Positions 49,458 through 62,104 of a stretch of DNA of 64,000 nt are shown piece by piece. The position numbers were made by a program, and so were the translations under genes. How positions within the stretch are numbered: the stretch's first letter is position 1; every line of letters begins with the position of its first letter. This stretch comes from Malacoraja senta. Its lineage: Eukaryota. The stretch spans positions 25,732,001 through 25,796,000 of the forward strand of contig CM075988.1 in NCBI GenBank assembly GCA_038087875.1, written 5' to 3'. The notes beneath the pieces were generated by a model that worked only from the letters and a program-made list of their open reading frames with translations, had not been told where the DNA came from and searched no databases.

Positions 49458-49823
49458 TGAGGTGCAAGCGCACCTGTCCCGTCCCACTGTGTGCTGCCCC
49501 ACCCTGTCCCCAGCTCCACCTCTCCCTCACACACCACATCACACACCAGCTGCCTCTGCAGCTCCATAGTGAGCGATGAACAAAAATACTTCCAGCCAGC
49601 TGCATAACAGCAATAAATAGTCCGAGCGCCCCGTGAAAGTTGCTCCGTCTGGGCCTTCACATTAGGGTGCTCCTTGGGAAGGGTTAGTGCTTTCAACAAC
49701 ATCTGAGAGTGGGGAGAGAGGCAACTGGAATATTTATAGAGACCAGACCAATGTTTCAATGAATTCAATTACTTGTGGAAACTTATTCTGCAATTGATTT
49801 ATCTCCTGTCAAGTAAAATAGAA

Positions 49824-50018
49824 TCTCCCTTTCCCTCTCCCTCTCCATATTCATCTCCCTCTCTCCCTCTCTGTCTCCTCCCCTCCATCTCTCTCTCCCT
49901 CTCTCCCTCCATCTCCATATCCCTCTCCCTCTCTCTCCCTCTCCCTTCCCCTCTCGCCCTCCGTCTCCCTCCCTCTCCCCTCCCCTCTCCTCTCCGTCTC
50001 CCCTCTCCGTCTCCCTCC
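49824..50018. repeat. CT-rich polypyrimidine tract
   Basis: (CCCTCT)-type low-complexity sequence. Confidence 0.9.
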
Positions 50019-50733
50019 TAACGTGCCATGCTAGCAGATGAGTCAGGCAATGGCCCTCTTGAACGCCTGACGATGCTTAATTGAGCTAAAGTCACAATTT
50101 CCTATAATAATACTAGTAACCGTGACAGTATCTGGTATAAGAGACTAAAGACTGAGTTGGCTCAGGGAACAAGTTGTAGACTTTGCAGTGGCTTCATGTA
50201 ATCCGTGGTTTCTGGCAAGCATTTCCTCGTATTGCTCTGTTGAAGTGATAGGATCTTAGGCAAATATTCATATTCAGATAAAGCTACCCTGTTAATGGAA
50301 TTATTTAGAACGGGGTTATTTGTTGTTCAGATAAGATTAACCATGGAAAATGTAGTGAATTCCAGTAGCTCTATTTTAACCATGGAGTGATTCCAGATAC
50401 TGTAGGTTACCAAGACCAACATTATCTTTCATTATTGGTTTAATAAGTTATGCGGGATATATTTATGATTTGTTTGTGATTACCATTCTGTGGATTCAGA
50501 TACATTTTGGGAAACAGCAAGAGGTCATTAGGACAAAGGCAGTCCTGTCTTTGTGGTTAGACACAAAAGGCTGGAGTAACTCAGCGGACAGGCAGCATCT
50601 CTGGAGAGAAGGAATGGCAGACGTTTCGGGTCGAACTCTCTCCAGATCCCAATGGTTCAATGGTGCTTTTTTGTCAGATGTGTGAAGTACAAACACACAG
50701 TGACATTATTTTCATACAAACAGTCCAGTTTAA

Positions 50734-52196
50734 ATCTTCAATCTGTCTTTAAACCAAGCAGTGGTCCCCCGTATTTTTAAATTTTCCACCATCGTACCAG
50801 TTCCAAAAAAAACAAATCCATCCACCCTGAATGACTTCAGGCCAGTGGCACTCGCGCCAGTTGCCATGAAGTGTCTAGAAAAACTGGTTCTCACACATAT
50901 CAATCACATGGTCCCGGGCACGATCGACCCCCTCCAGTTCGCCTACCGCCCCAACCGCTCAGTGGACGACGCAGTGGCCATTGCTCTACACCACATCCTG
51001 CGACACCTGGACAGCAGAGGAACATACGTCAGAACGCTGTTCCTGGATTACAGTTCAGCTTTTAATACCATTCGCCCGGGCAGGCTGACTGAGAAGCTGA
51101 CAGACCTCGGCGTCCCGACTTCCACCTGCAACTGGATCTTGGATTTCCTGACTGAAAGACTACAGGTGGTGAGGATGGGAAGGAGGGTGTCTGCAGAGCT
51201 CACCGTCAGCACAGGATCACCACAAGGCTGCTGTCTCAGTCCCAAACTTTTCACCCTGTACACACACGACTGTGGTCTCCACCCAGGAAAATACCATCAT
51301 AATTAAGTATGCGGATGACACCACCATCCTGGGCCTCATCAAGGGGGGGGACGAGTCGGGCTACAGGAATCTGGTGAACGACATTCTTGCCTATGGTGAG
51401 GTGAACGACCTAAGCCTCAACACAGACAAGACAAGAGAAATAATAATGGACTTCAGAAAAAATCCACCCCCCCTGCAGCCCCTCATCATCAAGGGGACTG
51501 TGGTGGAGAGGGCTGACAGTTACAGATACCTGGGATTACAAGTAACATCAGATCTGAACTGGACTTTGAACACTGTGGCAACAGTGAAAAAAGCCCAGCA
51601 GAGACTGTACTTCATCAGGCTGCTCAGAAAAGCTGGTCTGCACTGTCGCCCTCTCACCCAGGTCTACAAAGGACTGATAGAGAGCATCCTCACCACAGGC
51701 ATCACGGTGTGGTATGGAAACACCACACAGACAGAGAGGAAGTCTCTGCAAAGAGTCATAAAGACTGCAGAGAGGATGATCAGAACGGAACTTCCCTCCA
51801 TGGAAACAATCTACACACAGCGCTGTCAAAAAAAGAGCAGAGAGAATCATCAGAGACACACTACGTCCAGCTCATTCCCTGCTCAAACACAAAAACTGCA
51901 CATACAACCTCAGGCACAGACGAGCGGACAGCATCGCCACAAACAGAACACGCTTTTTCCAGAGCTTCTTCCCTGCCACAGTGAGACTCTTGGCCAAAAC
52001 AAAATGAACTGATGTCCTGACCCACCTCATAACATATCATAGTATATGTGTTAATAGTTTATAGATTATGTGTTTTTCTGTGTGTCTTTTTAACTTGACT
52101 TGACTTGACTCTCTGAACAACCGCACAGGAGTTCCTATGTGTGTAAGCACAAATGGCAAATAAAGTTGTTATTATTAATATTATTATTATTATTAT
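50734..52196 (+). mobile_element. 5'-truncated Rex1/Babar non-LTR retrotransposon with RT domain
   Basis: [51 protein letters not shown] and YLG motifs; two +1 frameshifts; AATAAA and (ATT)n tail. Confidence 0.95.
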
Positions 52197-53604
52197 CACC
52201 ACACCAGCCCCAATTAGCAATCGTGCAGCAACAGTCTAGTCATCCTGCTTGCAAGAAGTGCCATGCATGGCACCATTATCCAAGTCCAGTCCAAGTGCAA
52301 TGGAGTTTCAGGCTTTAGTGGCCTTGATCATAAGATAATCAGATCTTCCTTAAGATCATAAGGCCTTCCTTAGGATCTTGGTTTCATCCCACAATTAATA
52401 CATCCAGGATTACTGTTCACATTCCCATATATTCCTTCTCCCTAGACGATGCTGACATCTTCAGTGAGCAGAGGTACCTCAAGGTGCCTGAGTTACATGG
52501 ACAATCTTCACCAGAGGAGAATTGGACCTTTGCCCCTGATGTCATTGGCATGACTGGTCCAATGGGAAAGGATCCTTTGCCACCAAACACAATGAAAAGA
52601 TCTATTTCTACAAATGACCAGCACTGTGAATTATTCTGCAAGAAAATGCTATAAATTAATAACCGCAATACTAGTGCAAAGTGTTCTTAGTTCACTCAAA
52701 GATAGTCCAAGAAGTTCATACTTCAAGTTGTCGTGTAGAGTTCCAGAGCCTGATAAATGTTGGGAAGATTCTTTCCTGGTGATTCCTTTTTATTTTTGTA
52801 ACAACTGGTGGATAATTCCTCATGGACATTTTGATCAAGTGAGATTGTCTCACCCTGGATATTCCAAGCCAAGAAGTGATCTTCAGTGAAGTGGGCTCTC
52901 TAATTATGTCCACGTTCAGGGAAACATGGATAAGGAAGGTGAAGCGAAAGGATTCCCGGCAGTAACGTGGACAGACAACAGATTGGCTGGCAGGCCGTGA
53001 CAATTGGTGAAATACAGTGGGATAATGCGGCGGCTCAGCTGTGAAATGTTGCCCTTCACTTGACCCCGAGCTTTCATCAACGAACAGCCCCGGCTCCTCA
53101 ACCTCCCCGCATTCCTCTCGTGTTTCACGGGGATGTGGACGGTGTCTGGGAAACTCGCTGCTTAAAACTCTCAATGGAAAGGCAGTGCGTATTTAACGAG
53201 ACTAAACGTCCCTGCAGTAAACGGTGAATTCCCAGACACTCCGCTACAGGGAACATGTGAGTTGTGTCACCATCATTCCATTCACTCTTGATGAGGCAAG
53301 CAAGTGTCCCTTCAACCTCTGACCCATTTACTGACTTCCATGGTTAGATTTGATGCTTCTACCCATTCCACTTGACTCACTGGGTTACACCAGCAAATTA
53401 CATTTTGCTCCAGATTCCAGCATCTAGAACCTCTTGTGCCCTCCAAGTTTCTCATCCAATATACTTTTGGGTTATACAGATATCGCTTCCTCCACCCTGG
53501 CCAGACTGAGCTGGTTTTGCTCATCTCTCCCCTTGTGTTACCAGATGCCTACAGCGGGGCCCAATGCTTAACAACTCTTCTGTCCCCGGCAACAGTATCT
53601 TCTT

Positions 53605-53887
53605 AGTTTCAGTTTCAGTTTAGAGATACAGCACGGAAACAGGCCGTTCGGCCCACCGTGTCCGCGCCGACCAGCGATCACCCCGTACACTAACACTATC
53701 CTATACACTAGGGGATTATCTTACCGAAGACGTCCATGTCTTTGGAGTGTGGGAAGAAACTGGAGAAAACACACGCAGTCGCAAAGAGAACGTGCAAACT
53801 CCGCACAGACAGCACACCTGTACCCAGGATCCAACCCAGGTCTCTGGCACTGTAATGCAGCAACTCTACCGTGCCATCGTGCCGCCC
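53605..53887 (-). mobile_element. HE1 SINE
   Basis: Tail and head recognisable; V-domain partly deleted. Confidence 0.85.
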
Positions 53888-54459
53888 TGCATCTCACGCA
53901 TTCATTCTATTCAAAAGCCTTTGTGATGCTCAGTAGTTGCATTTTAAATGTCCCCTCCCCTCATTGCTTCCCTTCACGTTTTGAAGGCTGCACACAGTGG
54001 ATAGTTCCAGCAGTTCCACGGGCAATGCAGTCTTGCCCCGACATTGCTAAAGATCTCCAGCATCGCACGTTCCTGGGAGATGCTGGAAAATGTCAACTGC
54101 TACTGACATGGTTGGGTATTTTTAAAGCAGAGATTGATAGGTTAAGGACCTCCAAGGCTGCACGGAGTGGGCAGGAGGATGGGGTTGAGAGACAAAATAG
54201 ATCAGCCATGATTGAGCAGTGGCGTGAGCTAGATGATGTCAGGATCCGGACAAGAGGCGAGGCTGGAGGACCTGCAGCAGCCTGGGGCTCGCCTGGATCG
54301 GGCACTGCTCCAGGAGTCCGAGCGTGTGGACCTGACGTGGCCTGCAGCGGCAGGGTGCGGTGGGTGGGGCAGCGGTGGAACACGGCGACACGTCGCCTGG
54401 CCAGGCCAACCCTGCAACGTCACCGTGACAACGGGCCTTTAGGGGCAGTTTGAACGTAA

Positions 54460-54652
54460 AGGGCCTGTCCCACTTGGGTGTCATTTGCGTGTCACGCAGA
54501 TGGCGCGCGAAGATTTTGTACATCCCAAATTCCTGGGGCGCCGTGCGCGCCACTGCCTACGTCACCACGCAGCATGCGCGCGTCGTGCGTCGTGACTCGT
54601 AAATGATGTCGCGTGAATGACGTGCAAATAACGCCCAAGTGGGACAGGCCCA
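54460..54652. mobile_element. Harbinger-type MITE, family C (CpG-rich)
   Basis: TAA|AGGGCCTGTCCCACTTGGG...CCCAAGTGGGACAGGCCC. Confidence 0.82.
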
Positions 54653-55389
54653 CAAAGCAACTTGGAATTTGAAAATGTTGGCAAATCCTGGCGACTCTTG
54701 TATATTGTCTCCACGGGACTATTTCTGCACACTTTGACTTAATCTAGGATTGTGATAATGTGTAGTAAACAAATAAAATTCACTGCACCTCAGTTCATGT
54801 AACAACGAAGTATCATTGGACCATCTACCCATTGCACCATTAATTTGAGCTCAGTTCTACAATGTAAGGGACACAACTAACGTGCTCTGGTATTTGGGTG
54901 ATTGGAGCATAAACTATGGAGCCGGTGGCGAATGCAGGAGGGAGAGGCAGCCTAATGATTAATAACTGACCAGCAAATGTCTGGAATGTCCCTGTGGATT
55001 CTCCGATGTGTGGCCCTTGGCTCCGTGAGAACATTCACTGCCGTTCCACCGACTTGATCGTCGATCTTTGTGACTCAGCTGCCAGTAAAATATAAAGGAG
55101 CTTCCTCATCTCCTGCCTGAGTGATAGATGAACCCACTTGGAACAACGATCATCGTGGTTTATTCTCCGCCTGACGCACCCTGATCGATCGCACAGGAAA
55201 AGATGGCAGTGCAAGGTGTAGCATTGTGTCTGTCTTTGTTACAAAATAGTTTGAATGTTTGAAATACTCTTTAAGTTAACTTTCCCTGCAGCTGCAATGC
55301 GGATTCACTATATTATGCCCTCTGGTTATTTTTCTCTTTGACTACCTGTTGTACTTGCTTCATTTTACTCATAGTATGGTATGATTTAT

Positions 55390-55645
55390 GGGCGGCATGG
55401 TGGCGCAGCGGTAGAGTTGCTGCCTTACAGCGCCAAAGGACCCAGGTTCGATCCCGACCACAGGTACTGTCTGTACGGAGTTTGTACTCCGTGACCTGCG
55501 TGGGTTTTCTCCGGTATCTCCGGTTTGTAGATTAATTGCCTTGGTATAAATGTAAATTGTCCCGTGTGTGTGTAGGATAGTGTAAGTGTGCAAGGATCAC
55601 TGGGCGGTGTGGACTTGGTGGGCCGAAGGGCCTGTATCTCTAAAA
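55390..55645 (+). mobile_element. HE1 SINE
   Basis: A/B boxes and tail. Confidence 0.88.
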
Positions 55646-57164
55646 TATACGAAACGAAAATTTGACTGGATATCAAAGCTTTTCACTGTATCTTGGTCCT
55701 ATCATAAAACATTGCCAGCAGCAATAAATATCACGTCAAAGTACTGAGGGCAGCAACACTTAGTGTGGGCGGCAGTAGGATCATAGTTATAACAAGGGAA
55801 CCTTGTAACTTGGAATGTGAAACTGTACTCTCTGTAGGTTGATGGTGGTGCTGCTTGTATTGTTAAATAAACAAAAGGTGAGAGTTTGCATACATAATAA
55901 CAGCTCAGATTAGCAGTGAAAGGGATATACTAATGAACATGGCTGTGAACATTCAGTTGTCTTGCAGTGGTGTTAAATGTGTAAAAGTTGTACTGAAAAG
56001 TATGTAAGAAACATTTTGATAGCAATGTTATTCCCAGATTACTGTGCTTGTTCAAACCACTGGAGATCTGTGCGCATACTTCAGGCTAAAAAAGACACAA
56101 AGTGCTGGAGTAACTCAGTGGGTCAAGCTCTGTCTCTCTCTCTCTCCCAGCCTGGGTAAATGTACCTCCAGGGGGTAAATTTCAACCCTACCCAGGCGGT
56201 AAATTTGTTGATTCTGGATTTGTACATTTTTTTCCCATTGACTGACTGTGCTTGGTTTCTGGTATACCGGTATTTGTTCATCATTAGTTGTTCATAAATA
56301 AGTGGAATAACATTGTTATGTGCTATTAAAGTTGCCAGTGGTAAACGGGACAAAAAAGGGTTGGGATCCCCTCCTCTAAAGCAACCACACCTTAAAGGTA
56401 CATAGAGGTTAGCTGGAGAATGCAGCAACTGCTGTGAAAGTCGGGCACCTGACCTCGGCTGCTCGCTCTGGTTGGTGATTGTCACGTCACCTTGGGGAAA
56501 CAAGGGGCAGGAGCAGTGAAGGATTGTTAAATGTGCTGACAGGTTAAGAGCATAAAAGAAGCAAGGTTCAGCACCCTGGGCTCGACGCGTGAGAGCAATG
56601 CCCTTGGAGTTGTTTGGATTTAAAATCTTCTCGCCATTATATGGACCTGCAGATTCACAAGTTGCGGGAGCTGGAATCATCGATCGATCGGCCGTGAGTG
56701 TCTTAGTTCTGTGGACAGCATGAAACCTTTTTCGTACTGTTCAACTGCTGTGAAGTATTAGTCAAATCTCATACTCGAGTTAATTGCTCTGTACATGGCA
56801 AATAACGATAAGTTAGTCAGATAAAAAGAATTCCTGGGGTGGATATAAGACTTTAAAAAAACGAAATCTACTGTTGAGGAATTGAGATGAAGCAATAAGT
56901 CGGTTCATTCAGGGCTGCACCAGAGCATGAGGAAGAGCAGGATGTGGGGAGGGGAGGTTGCTTGTTGATGCCAATTGAGGGCATGAGAAGCCAACAGCTT
57001 CTAGGACAAAGGGCAAACTGAGAGAGCGAGAGGACTCACAGGTTTGAAATCCTGGTTGATTGAAGGGGGAGCAGCGATTGCTGATTGCAACACGGCGAGG
57101 GATAGGAATGAGGAGGCTGGGAAAGAAGCAGAGCTCTGGCAGAGAACAGTGAGAAGCATGAGGA

Positions 57165-57380
57165 TTTGGTCTCAACTTCAGAGAGATTGGCCTGCCACAG
57201 ACAGCTGCGGAGGCCAAGCCAGTGGATATATTTAAGGCAGAGATAGATAGATTATTGATTAGTACGGGGTGTCAGGGGTTATGGGGAGAAGGCAGGAGAA
57301 TGGGGTTAGGGGGGAGAGATAGATCAGCCATGATTGAATGGCGGAGTAGAGTTGATGGGCCGAATGGTCTAATTCTGCTC
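57165..57380 (+). mobile_element. CR1 3' fragment
   Basis: DIFKAEIDR.L followed by the CR1 tail. Confidence 0.85.
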
Positions 57381-57590
57381 CAGAAAGAGTTCACTGGTGA
57401 AATCCTTATCTGTTCAAGGCCTCATCAACTTACAGTTCGACCGCCCACTCACATGTCTGTGTTTTTGAATTCTTGTGTGCTTCCAATTACCTTCACGTTG
57501 CCAGTATGTACAATTGCCCGATTCCCAGCTCTAACTAAACCTCTCTGTCTATCGATCGTACAGCTTCTTTAAGATGCAGAATGCTTGCGT

Positions 57591-57870
57591 TAGTTTAGTG
57601 TAGAGATACAGTGAGGCCCACTGGGTCCACACTGACCATCAAATTCCCATTCACACCAGTTCTTATGGTATCCCACTTTTAATCCACTCCTTACACACTA
57701 GGGGGGCAATTTTACAAAGCCCATTTAACCTACAAACTTGCCTGTCTTTGGGATGTGGCAGGAAACCCATGTGGTCACAGGGAGAACGTGCAAACTCCAC
57801 ACAGTCAGCACCCAAGGTCATGATCACACCCGGGTGTCCGGTGCTGTGAGGCAGCAGCTCTACCCGCTGC
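57591..57870 (-). mobile_element. HE1 SINE (older)
   Basis: Similar to 785-1105. Confidence 0.82.
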
Positions 57871-58436
57871 TCGCTGTGGCTTTGTGGCGTGGACATTTCT
57901 TTGTGGTTCCTTGGCCAGTGAAGTTGATGATTCTCCTGTGAGGTTCTCTGGCAGCATCCTGCACCAGCGTGGTTTTTGTATTGATCAGTGAGTGTCCCAT
58001 TCACAATCCGCCCGGCAGTTGCCGAAACACAAGGAAACTGGGATAAATCCATGACATCTGGGCCTTTCATCCCAAGTGTGACTGTGTAGAGAAGCTCAGT
58101 TGTGACACAGAGAATGGGAAGTTGTAAGTAACTGATATGTTCCCATGCAAAACATTCCCTCCAGTACAGAACGTCTTGACAGTTCTCGTCCACATTATGC
58201 CCCGTGATTTATTTAGTTCCAAGCTCGCAAGTTGTTAGACTATTGAGGAAACTTGCTGGGTGTCCCAGAGCACATGTCTAAGGGCACAGAGAAGCTGTAT
58301 AAAATAAACAGACTTGTGTTTAAACACCAATAAAAAGAGAAAATGCTGGAAAAATCACTCGGCTGATCAGGCAGCAACATTGGAAAGATGAGCAATTCAT
58401 GTTTCAGACCAGCAGTTCTCATGACCAGACTGGGAT

Positions 58437-58665
58437 GTGAAATCCTGGATCAGAAATCATGGATCTGAAATCATGGATCAGAAATCACGAATCTGAAATC
58501 ACGGATCTGAAATCATGGATCTGAAATCACGGATCTGAAATCATGAATCTGAAATCATGGATCTGAAATCCTGGATCGGAAATTATGGATCTGAAAATAT
58601 GAAGTCTGAAATCTGAAATCCTGATTCTGAAATGAAAGTTGTGATGAACAGTCTGGGATCTGAAA
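58437..58665. repeat. 14-bp minisatellite inside an old Penelope fold-back element
   Basis: Unit GAAATCATGGATCT; flanked by degenerate inverted terminus arms (about 58340-58410 and 58655-58760). Confidence 0.85.
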
Positions 58666-59038
58666 TGTTAACTCTATCTCCTTCCACTCATGATGCCTAA
58701 TTTACTGAACGTTTGCAGAATTTTTCGGGTTTTGTTTCAGATTTCCTTCATCTGCACTTTGTTTTGATGTCCATTGCATTTGCCTGTTGTTTTAATCTGA
58801 ATTGCATTGCAGAAATGGTGGTGAAAGCAGATTTATTTGTAACTTTCATAAGGAGAATACAAGGAAACTTGGAGAAAATAAGTTGCAATGGCCAGTGGGA
58901 AGGAGGAGATAGATTGGAGACCTAAACTCGTACAGACAATGGTGGTGTCCTTCTGTGAATCATCGAATCATGCAGCACAGATAGACACCGTTCAGTCCAT
59001 TCTGTCTGTTAGGATAGAAGAACACCATGCAGTCCATT

Positions 59039-59326
59039 AGGTGGCACAGCGGTAGAATTGCTGCCTCACAGCGCCAGAGACCCGGGTTCGATCCTGACTA
59101 CGGGTGCTGTCTGTACGGAGTTTGTACGTTCTCCCCGTGACCTGCGTGGGTTTTCTCCGGTTTCCTCCCACACTCCAAAGACGTACAGGTTTGTAGGTTA
59201 ATTGGCTTTGGTAAAATTGTAAATTGTCCCTAGTGTGTGTGTGTTAATGTGTGGGGATCGCTGGTAGGCGCGGACTCGGTGGGCCAAAGGGCTTGTTTCC
59301 GTGCTGTGTATCTAAACTAAACTAAA
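59039..59326 (+). mobile_element. HE1 SINE
   Basis: Near-consensus head, V-domain and tail. Confidence 0.92.
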
Positions 59327-59529
59327 TATTATGATTATGCAGAGTGATTTTAAACTTTTATAAGACATATATTTATATTTTCAATAATGATTTGAGGGAA
59401 GAAATGTTAGTCACAATGAAAGGATTCTCTAGTGGCCTGATGATTGACAACTCTGCTCAAGACATGACTCATCCATTGCTGATGTCATCATCTGTGTTAG
59501 AATGTTTTGTTTCCTGGACTTAAGAGATA

Positions 59530-60108
59530 GTTCATCAGTGATAGGAGCAGAATTAGGCCATTCGGCCCATCAAGTCGACTCCGCCATTCAATCATGGCTG
59601 TTCTGTCATTCCCTCTCAACCACATTCTCCTGCCTTCTCCCCATAACCCCTGACACCCATTCTAATCAAGAATCTGTCTCTCTGCCTTAACAATATCCAT
59701 GGACTTGGCCTCCACAGCCTTCTGTAGCAATGAATTCCACAGATTCACCACCCTCTGATTAAAAACAAATTGCGCCTCATCTCCTTCCTAAAGGAACGTG
59801 CTTTAATTATGAGGCTATGACCTCTGATTCCAGACTCTCCCACTAGTGGGAACATCCTCTCCACATCCACTCTATCCAGGCCTTAAGTGGGATTAAGGAT
59901 AAAGTCAACAAGGTATAGGATGGTGATTAAACTCAGGCAATGCATATTCTATCCTGCTTCTCCTCTAATGTGTATAAGGTTATACAGTAAGTATGGGAGC
60001 AGAATTAGACCATTCGGCCATCAAGTCTACTCCACCATTCAATCATGGCTGATCTATCTCTCCCTTCTCCTGCCTTCTCCCCATAACCTCTGACAAGTGT
60101 ACTAATCA
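59530..60108 (-). mobile_element. Two CR1 3' fragments (59530-59885; 59993-60108)
   Basis: GGAGCAGAATTAG.CCATTCGGCC tails. Confidence 0.85.
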
Positions 60109-60180
60109 GGGAAGTTTGTATGAGTTAATTCTTTTTGTGTGAATGACATGTTTCAGAAGGGCAATTCTTTATTTCCTCAG

Positions 60181-60519
60181 GAGCGCCAGAGGCTGGAGAC
60201 CATCTTGAACCTATGTGCTGAGTACACCAAGACGGACTCGCCCACCAGCCCTGACATGGGCAAGGTGCACCAGGCTGCCGCAGAGCGGCTGCAGATGGAG
60301 GAGCCCAGACTGTACCCCAGCGTGGCCGAGCCTGCTCCCACCACCACCAGCAGAGGCACCTCCATGGACAGGTGTACTGGAGGCAAGGTCTTCAGCCAGC
60401 CCAGCCCAACGCACCCAGCCCAGCCCAGCCCAGCTCAGAAACCACGGGAGGGCCTGGAGAGATCTGACGAGGAGAACCTCAAGGAAGAGTGTAGCAGCAC
60501 GGAGAGCACGCACCACGAG
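60181..60519 (+). CDS. PHLDB1: PHLDB1 coding exon, phase 0-0
   Basis: Acceptor ttttatttcctcAG, donor GAG|GTAGGG; 339 nt. Translates ERQRLETILNLCAEY...ERSDEENLKEECSSTESTHHE, as in human PHLDB1. Confidence 0.96.
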
Positions 60520-60781
60520 GTAGGGTGGCACAGGCCTGCTTCCCACTCCTTACCGATGGGCCTTTGCCCAAACATCCTCTCCTTTCCTTACAGTAAACAT
60601 TCTATAATTACAGAATGTGGATGGCGCGGACCTGAACTACTATCTACCTCATTGGAGACCCTCTGACCCTCTGACTATGTTCCTTTCCCAGCTTGTACTG
60701 TCCAGCAACATGACCAGGGACACTCTCCCCAGAATCATTGCAACTAATCTCTTGTCCACTCATGCTCAGGCCTTTACATTT

Positions 60782-61087
60782 TTAGTTTTTAGTTTAGAGA
60801 TACAGCGCGGAAACAGGCCCTTCGGCCCACTGAGTCCGCACTGCCCAGCGATCCCCGCACACTAACACTATCCTACACACACACTAGGGACAATTTACAC
60901 TTACACCAAGCCAATTAACCTACATGCCTGTACGTCATTGGAGTGTTGGAGCAAACCAAAGATCTCGGAGAAAACCCACACAGGTCACGGGGAGAACGTA
61001 CAAGCTCCGTACAGGCAGCACCTGTAGTCGGGATCGAACCCGGGTCTCTGGCGCTGCAAGGCAGCAACTCTACCGCTGCGCCACCCT
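60782..61087 (-). mobile_element. HE1 SINE
   Basis: Near-consensus reverse-complement copy. Confidence 0.92.
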
Positions 61088-62104
61088 TTCCATCTTCACA
61101 ATCTGAGCCAGGCTTTTACACATTAGTTTATCTTGACTTTATTCATCACATTACACTTTGACTTCAACATTTGATTCCATTGACATCAACAGAACTGATT
61201 TTCACAGTCAGGGGAGCGTGCACTGTTACATTTAACACTATGGATTAGGGATGAAATTGTAGGCAATGCGTTTTCACAACAATTTTTCCCTATATTGGGA
61301 ATTACAGTTGACACCAGATAGGGCACTTTCCCAAATCTGGAATTTAATACGGCATTTAAAAAATGATTCCGATTGTGTTGCCCAATAGGAACAGTACATA
61401 TTAAACGCAGCATAAACGTCCTTTCCTACTTAGTTCATATCTTAGATAAACATTGTGGATCTAGCATTGGGGGATGCCAGTGAGAGTTACGGATTATTAG
61501 CTGGAATGTGTGTGTGAATATGGGCTGGGCTGGGTTGGTGATAGTAGTGAGTGTTGGAATGTGTCTGTGTGTTTGGAGAACCAGACAAACACTGGATTAG
61601 TTTGCATTCACCACAGAGTTGTATAACCCGCAGATTTAACCATCCCTGACTTGTCCACAGTCAGCTGCCATTTTAAAGTCCATTATCACCCACGGTAACA
61701 CCTCACTGGAATAGTCAGGAGTGGAGCATTAATGGTGTACAGGAGGAATTCTTGTACGTCGCGGACTTGGCGAGCTGAGAGAGGGGAGTAACTAAACAGA
61801 GAGTAAGCTGGAGAGACTGGACTTGTTCACACCTTCTGGCAGAGGAGGTTCAAAGAATGGTTACATGTCAGGAGTGGTTTAGCACGAGAAATTAAGCAGA
61901 AACTGTTTCCAGTGGCAGAAAGTTCAGTCCACAGAGGACACGTATTTAAGGTAAATATGAGAGGAAAAAAAATAATCTAGTGGCTTGTTCTGAGCTCGGA
62001 TGATGGCCTGAATAGATGGCGAGGAATGGAAACTTGCAAAAGATAATTCATACAGCACAGCAGGCCATTCGGCACATCATGCCTATGCTAGTATTTGTAC
62101 CACG

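Noticed and set aside
53174..53262. First exon ending CAT|GTGAGT
   Set aside because: The ATG frame stops before the donor and the phase-0 frame has no ATG; a non-coding exon cannot be excluded.
56123..56680. 185-aa minus-strand ORF
   Set aside because: No recognisable domain and it ends in a repeat; the + strand candidate exon explains the region better.
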